Positions 59,087 to 64,000 of a stretch of 64,000 bases of DNA are shown piece after piece; position 1 is the first letter of the stretch, and each line of letters opens with the position of its first letter. The translations under genes were made by a program, and so were the position numbers. The DNA comes from an uncultured Sediminibacterium sp. (lineage in GTDB: Bacteria; Bacteroidota; Bacteroidia; Chitinophagales; Chitinophagaceae). The stretch spans positions 61,767 to 125,766 of the forward strand of contig CAZTCS010000001.1 of assembly GCA_964611995.1 (NCBI GenBank), read 5' to 3'. The notes below the pieces were generated by a model. That model was not told where the DNA came from and did not search any database. It saw only the letters and a list, made by a program, of their open reading frames with translations.

Positions 59087-59941
59087 TTAGCTCCACTCTT
59101 CCTGATCCCTTCTTTCCTGCTCCTTTGAAACCCTTGCAGAAATGATAATACTTAACTCATAAAGAAAGAACAAAGGAAGAAATACCAGTAGCTGGCTCAT
59201 CCAGTCTGGACTCGGTGTAATTATCGCTGCGGCAATCAGAATAATTACCACCGCATATTTTCTGATTCTTCTTAAATAAGAAGGGGTAATCAAACCAATT
59301 TTGGTAAGTAAGTATGCCAATACCGGTAATTCAAAAGCAATACCACAGCCCAGGATAATATTCACCAGGTTATCTAAATAATCTGAAAAAGTTGGTATGG
59401 TGATGATGGTTCCTTTGTTTCCTAATTGAAATCCGGCCAGGAAATTAAAGGTGAAGGGCCCCAGCAGAAAATAACCAAATGCAGCACCAAGGAAAAAGAA
59501 AAAGGATACCCAGAATATGATGAACCTCGTACTTTTTAACTCTTTTTCTTTCAGAGCTGGTTTTACAAAGCGCCAGAATTCCCAGAATATATAAGGGAAA
59601 GCCGCAATAATACCACCTACAATCGCAATACTGATGCTACCCATGAACTGCCCACCAAATGTGGTGCTTTGCAGGTTCACTGTAACGGGTGGCATACATA
59701 AAGCATCACCCATATGTGCCCAATGACTGAAATCGCACAAGGCTTTATAGCTTACAAAATCTGGATTAATTGGGCCTTTGATGATGTTTTCAAATATCCA
59801 GTCTATATAAATGAAGATGACAATGGCAAAAATCAGGATAGCAAGAATAGAGCGAATGATATGCTTTCTCAATTCTTCCAGATGGTCTATAAAACTCATC
59901 TCTGCCTGTTCTGTACCCTGGTTTCTTTTAAATAAGGCCAT
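59087..59941 (-). CDS. tatC: Twin-arginine translocase subunit TatC
   Basis: MSFIDHLEELR, WRFVKPAL, FELP, AIITP, LYE. Confidence 0.95.
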   Translation of the reverse strand: MALFKRNQGTEQAEMSFIDHLEELRKHIIRSILAILIFAIVIFIYIDWIFENIIKGPINPDFVSYKALCDFSHWAHMGDALCMPPVTVNLQSTTFGGQFMGSISIAIVGGIIAAFPYIFWEFWRFVKPALKEKELKSTRFIIFWVSFFFFLGAAFGYFLLGPFTFNFLAGFQLGNKGTIITIPTFSDYLDNLVNIILGCGIAFELPVLAYLLTKIGLITPSYLRRIRKYAVVIILIAAAIITPSPDWMSQLLVFLPLFFLYELSIIISARVSKEQERRDQEEWS

Positions 59942-60005
59942 GCCTGTCAACTACTTTTGGAGTGGGCAAAGTTAGTGGTAAGAGTAACACAAAAGCGCCT
60001 GTTTT

Positions 60006-60404
60006 TCAGCTATTCTTTTGTAATTCCACTTTTATCTGGGTGCCAAGATCGGCAGGATCGGAATAAATAAAGGATTTTTGGGCTGCACCGCTAAGGGTGG
60101 TAGAATGAGGGCTGTTAATCTGACGCAGGTACCAGACATTCTTACCCTTTCCCAATGCATACCCAGCTTCAATACCAACACCGATCGCTTTTTCGGAACA
60201 TTCGGCAATTAACAGATCTGCATGGTCAATCTCCTGAAATGCCTGCTGCATCATCGTGGACTCTTCAGCAGGGGTAAAACTAAAATGATCAACAAAAACA
60301 AATAGTGTAATGCCCTGTGCTTCTAAAATTTCCCGAATAACTTCCACAACGGGGTCTAGCTTGAGACGCAATGTGAGACTAAGGGCCAGGTATGCACGTT
60401 GCAT
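60006..60404 (-). CDS. Nucleoside 2-deoxyribosyltransferase-like protein
   Basis: AYLA, IDHADLLIAE, GVGIEAGYA. ATG overlaps the upstream TGA. Confidence 0.7.
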   Translation of the reverse strand: MQRAYLALSLTLRLKLDPVVEVIREILEAQGITLFVFVDHFSFTPAEESTMMQQAFQEIDHADLLIAECSEKAIGVGIEAGYALGKGKNVWYLRQINSPHSTTLSGAAQKSFIYSDPADLGTQIKVELQKNS

Positions 60405-61663
60405 CAACGTAATATTTTAAGCTTCACAGTGTCGATCCTGGTTTCACTAACACTGAGTATATCAAAACGGTAGTCGTCGATAATGATGGTTTCTTTTAGT
60501 GTTGGTATAGATTCGTGTTTCTGAATAATATAACCACTTAATGTTTCAGAATCATTTTCCGGAAATTCCAGGTTGTATTTTTCTTTGAGATAATCAAGTT
60601 CCAGTCGGCCACTTAATATAAACTCATCATCTGCCAATTGTTTTTCTACAAATTCCTCCACATCATATTCATCATGAATTTCACCAAAAATTTCTTCCAG
60701 CAGGTCTTCCATGGTAACTATACCCGCAGTGCCTCCAAATTCATCAACCACCCAGGCAATGCTTTTGCGTTCTTTGGAAAATTTATTTATCAAATCGGCC
60801 GCACTCATACTTTCAGGTACGGCAAGTATGGGGTGCAATATTTCTTTAATGGAACCTGGTTTTTTAAAGAGGTCTGTCTGGTGAACATAACCCAGGATAT
60901 TGTCGATATTCTCATCAAAAATCAACAACTTGCTAAGTTTGGTTTGAACAAATTTTTGTCGTAGTTCTTCGAGTGAGATGTCTTTATCAACCCCTTCAAT
61001 CTCAGTTCTGGGAACAAGGCACTGTCTGATTTTAATTGTTGGCAGACTTAATGCATTCTCAAAGAGTTCTGTATTGAGTTCCTGGTTGTCTTCATCCTGT
61101 TCTTTGGTTTGTTGAAAAAAGTGTTCAAGGTCAACTTTTGTAAATGCATTATGTTTATCGTTAACCCGGATATTGAAAATATATTTTAGTATCCACTGTG
61201 CCAGGTTTACAAACAAGTTGGTCAGTGGTTCAAAAATGGTATGAAAAAATTTAGCCAGCGGTGCAAAAAAACTCAGTAAGCTATCGTTTCTTGCCCTGAA
61301 AATAGCTTTGGGGATAAACTCGCCAAAGATTAATACAACGACTGCTGAAATAATTGTATCAATAAAAAGTTTGAGGTATTCATTCTTCACATTTAATGGG
61401 TTCCAGGCGATTCCTTTCAGGAACTCATCAAAGAGTAATCCATAAATAACCAATAGTGAGTTAAGTCCAATTAAACAAGTGCCAATGAATTTAGCGGGGT
61501 TATCAACAAAATCGGAGAGAATAATACCGCTTTGTTTTCCCTGCTTTTTTTTCAGTTCAATGCTCAACCGGTTTGCTGATACAAAAGCAATCTCATAACC
61601 GGCAAAAAAACCGATGAAAATAAGCGATATGATGATCCATACTATTGTATAGAGTTCCGTCAT
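60404..61663 (-). CDS. Hemolysin/CNNM (DUF21-CBS-CorC) family protein
   Basis: FFAGYEIAFVS, FGEFIPK, VVDEFGGTAGIVTMEDLLEEIFGEI. Start ATG 61663. Confidence 0.92.
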   Translation of the reverse strand: MTELYTIVWIIISLIFIGFFAGYEIAFVSANRLSIELKKKQGKQSGIILSDFVDNPAKFIGTCLIGLNSLLVIYGLLFDEFLKGIAWNPLNVKNEYLKLFIDTIISAVVVLIFGEFIPKAIFRARNDSLLSFFAPLAKFFHTIFEPLTNLFVNLAQWILKYIFNIRVNDKHNAFTKVDLEHFFQQTKEQDEDNQELNTELFENALSLPTIKIRQCLVPRTEIEGVDKDISLEELRQKFVQTKLSKLLIFDENIDNILGYVHQTDLFKKPGSIKEILHPILAVPESMSAADLINKFSKERKSIAWVVDEFGGTAGIVTMEDLLEEIFGEIHDEYDVEEFVEKQLADDEFILSGRLELDYLKEKYNLEFPENDSETLSGYIIQKHESIPTLKETIIIDDYRFDILSVSETRIDTVKLKILR

Positions 61664-61709
61664 GCGAAGGTATCTTTTTGCTAAGATAACGAAATATAGG
61701 TTTAGGCTA

Positions 61710-61737
61710 TAGTCCATAGACCATGGTCTATGGACTA
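61710..61737. repeat. Perfect 28 bp palindrome, heptamer family
   Basis: TAGTCCATAGACCA|TGGTCTATGGACTA. Confidence 0.9.
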
Positions 61738-61742
61738 AAACT

Positions 61743-61768
61743 AAAAGTGCCCCGTAAAAACGGGGCAC
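61743..61768 (-). terminator. Intrinsic terminator
   Basis: Minus strand GTGCCCCG-TTTTTA-CGGGGCAC-TTTT. Confidence 0.85.
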
Positions 61769-61905
61769 GGACCGATCGTTAACAACATGAGAATCGGCTG
61801 TGTGAGATTATAATGCACATGAAGAAACAAGCAATCGTTAAAGTTGGATGAGTAGCCGGCAAGGGGCCACTCATCCGGGGGTATATTGATCCGAGTTGGT
61901 ATGTT
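61743..61905 (-). ncRNA. Candidate 3'-UTR-derived small RNA
   Basis: About 200 nt 3' UTR with a 12 bp stem (61846-61876, G-U pair only on the minus strand), a second stem-loop and a terminator. Confidence 0.4.
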
Positions 61906-61909
61906 TATA

Positions 61910-61951
61910 GCTATTGGCCATTAGCAATTAGCCATTAGCTATAGGCTATTT
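61910..61951. repeat. Heptamer tandem repeat GCHATTR-like x6
   Basis: GCTATTG GCCATTA GCAATTA GCCATTA GCTATAG GCTATTT. Confidence 0.75.
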
Positions 61952-63361
61952 AAAATCAACCGTACAATTCTGACACTTCATATCAATTTTTAATCCTTTT
62001 CCGTCTCCAACTGTTGCAGAAAACTTAACTGGTGTGTTTGATCCGCTGCGGTTTAACATTAAAGTGCCAGCAGTTGCAGCTTTTGGAGCTGTTGAAATGA
62101 TTCCTGGAACTGTTGAGGCCTTAATCGTGCCTACAACCTCAACTTTATCACCATAGAGAACAGTATTTGATGAATTGGTTGAACTTTTTGTCATAGCGGT
62201 GATATCAGCCTCAGTAACTTGTTCAGCGTTTTTCTCAAAATCGCCATATACTGTACTGTAGGTGCCAAGGAAGTTAACTCCGTAATTTTTAGTATCGCGA
62301 AGCGGAATACGAATATCAGCATACCTGTTGTCAACTTTAATCAGCTTAACATTACTACCTACATTTCTCACTTTAATATCAGCATTGCTGCCATCTAGTT
62401 CTAATGAGTTAGTTAATCGAGTAATACGGAGGTTACCATAATTTTTACGACCCTTGATTTCACCTGCATCTTCAACTTCGAATTCGTCGTTGGTACTGAT
62501 CATTTTTATTGTTTTGGCTGATGCCATTTCAATAGTGGCATATTTACTTTCAATATCAAGGTCATCAATATTATTGGCACTGAAGCGGCCATTGGCAAAT
62601 TCAATCTCAGCTTCTTTTATATCGCGCACATTTGCGTTAGAGTATTTTGAACGAAGACGAAGTTTATTCAGGTTTTCTGCTTCAAAATTGCCATTGGAAA
62701 TATCGAGTAACACATCACCAATACCTGCAGGTAACTGAATGTCAGCGTATTTACTTTCGATATCCATTTTACTGCCAGCAGGCACATAAATGACCAATAA
62801 TTTTTTCTGTGTTTTAATATTAACAGTGCGTACATTATTGCCAGATGGTGTACGGAAACCAGATACTACAATAGGCTCTAAAGAATAACGACCATTAGTA
62901 GAAATATTGTAGGTAGAACTGAATGAACCAAACCTTGTATTATTGGATTTAATTTTCACTGATGTTCCAAGTGCTTTCAGGCTTATTCCGGTTTTTTCGA
63001 ACCATTCAGCATCTGTAAGCGAATTTTCATTTTCGAAATATACAGTGGTCACAAGTTTTACTTTGGGCTGATCCCATGTTTTTACCTGTATAGCAATAGA
63101 ACTGTTTTCAACATAAATTTCTCCGCCTTTTGGCATGGCAATTTCCTGACTAATTTCTTTCGATTTGAAGTCTTGAGGTTTGGTTGTATCGCTAATAGTA
63201 TAGCTGAAACCATTTTGGGCAATCACTGCATCGCTAGGGTAAGTGCTGGCCCTTGCTACCTGAAGGTTTCCCTGTCCGGAAACAAAAGTCTGTGCCCACC
63301 CGGCTGATGCCAGCAAGATGCCTAATATTGAACCGGTGATTTTTACATTACTGAATCGCAT
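61946..63361 (-). CDS. Secreted beta-solenoid (DUF4097/adhesin-like) protein
   Basis: Signal peptide, IQVKTWDQPKV, IYVPAG, repeated SKY.. beta units. Confidence 0.7.
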   Translation of the reverse strand: MRFSNVKITGSILGILLASAGWAQTFVSGQGNLQVARASTYPSDAVIAQNGFSYTISDTTKPQDFKSKEISQEIAMPKGGEIYVENSSIAIQVKTWDQPKVKLVTTVYFENENSLTDAEWFEKTGISLKALGTSVKIKSNNTRFGSFSSTYNISTNGRYSLEPIVVSGFRTPSGNNVRTVNIKTQKKLLVIYVPAGSKMDIESKYADIQLPAGIGDVLLDISNGNFEAENLNKLRLRSKYSNANVRDIKEAEIEFANGRFSANNIDDLDIESKYATIEMASAKTIKMISTNDEFEVEDAGEIKGRKNYGNLRITRLTNSLELDGSNADIKVRNVGSNVKLIKVDNRYADIRIPLRDTKNYGVNFLGTYSTVYGDFEKNAEQVTEADITAMTKSSTNSSNTVLYGDKVEVVGTIKASTVPGIISTAPKAATAGTLMLNRSGSNTPVKFSATVGDGKGLKIDMKCQNCTVDFK

Positions 63362-63373
63362 ATCATTGATGTT

Positions 63374-64000
63374 TTAGATGTGTATGAAATAGGTTTTAAT
63401 ACTGTCAACCGGACGCCTGATTTGTTTTACCCGGTTATTTATTTTATTCATTTCGGTTTGCAACTGCTTTAAAGTGCCAAGCTTTATCTGGTATAGATTA
63501 ATTAACTGATTTAATAAATCATCTGTAAGACCTTGCTTCACTACTTCAGCTTTGATACTTTTTTCTTCTTTTTCCAATTGTTTCATTTGGGTCTTGAAAT
63601 CAGCGAAATATTCTGCTGATTCTGCATACATTGGAATAGTACCTACTTTATTGCGCTGAAGATTGATCACCTGTTTAAAACTGTTTTCAACATTTTGTAA
63701 AACAAGTAAATCAGCTCTTTGTGTTTTAGTTTTGGAAGGGGGCGTTTTACTTTTATTCGCGCCAGCAGAAGCAAGTGTATTGATAGGCGCTGGAGTAGTT
63801 TCCACTGCTTCAATAACCGGTTCAGTTGGATTTTCAACAGGTTGTTTTTTCAACTCTTTCACGGCAACTGCTTCTTTCAAAACATTCTCATCGTCTGATT
63901 TTGATAAGATCGTCCAGGTTCCTATTCCTGCCAAAACCAATATACAAGCAGCCGCTACCCACCTGGTTATACTAATAACCGTAATGGTTTTTGTTACCGG
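63374..64000 (-). CDS. Probable anti-sigma factor-like membrane protein (5' end outside window)
   Basis: Frame stays open to 64000: ...RWVAAACILVLAG TM motif, low-complexity linker, helical C-domain LINLYQIKL. Confidence 0.65.
   Translation of the reverse strand, partial: PVTKTITVISITRWVAAACILVLAGIGTWTILSKSDDENVLKEAVAVKELKKQPVENPTEPVIEAVETTPAPINTLASAGANKSKTPPSKTKTQRADLLVLQNVENSFKQVINLQRNKVGTIPMYAESAEYFADFKTQMKQLEKEEKSIKAEVVKQGLTDDLLNQLINLYQIKLGTLKQLQTEMNKINNRVKQIRRPVDSIKTYFIHI

Noticed and set aside
61664-61768. N-terminal extension of the hemolysin ORF given in the track
   Set aside because: It runs through a terminator and a palindrome; ATG 61663 downstream of -7-like elements is the more likely start
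61787-61851. Tiny plus-strand ORFs MRIGCVRL and MHMKKQAIVKVG
   Set aside because: No plus-strand promoter seen, and hairpin G-U pairing and terminator polarity favour a minus-strand RNA

Overview
A 64 kb stretch of a Bacteroidota chromosome, probably Chitinophagaceae. This is inferred from the TAnnTTTG -7 promoter elements, the lack of Shine-Dalgarno sites and the gene content. It is mostly core and housekeeping DNA: lpxD-like, lysS, gmk, murA, pheS, recO, rplM-rpsI-rpsB-tsf, pyrH, rpiB, tatC. Mixed in are a metal-homeostasis cluster (TonB receptor, DtxR/MntR, MerC, SCO, Fur/Zur), a soluble ~9-PAS histidine kinase with an Rcp-type receiver, an RND efflux operon, a ~9 kb accessory block between tsf and pyrH, a GT87-GT2-deacetylase operon, and the end of a probable ECF anti-sigma operon. 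I saw no rRNA, tRNA, CRISPR array, transposase or integrase. The most interesting signals are (i) FAD-type, cysteine-less LOV and FixL-type heme PAS domains in tandem in one kinase, (ii) two probable regulatory leader ORFs, one ending FHPP before an attenuator-like hairpin and one before the RND pump, (iii) candidate sRNAs, including a 3'-UTR RNA antisense to start-codon contexts, (iv) several families of intergenic palindromes built from 7-12 bp subunits, and (v) several probable leaderless mRNAs. All calls come from reading the sequence and recognising motifs. No database search was run.
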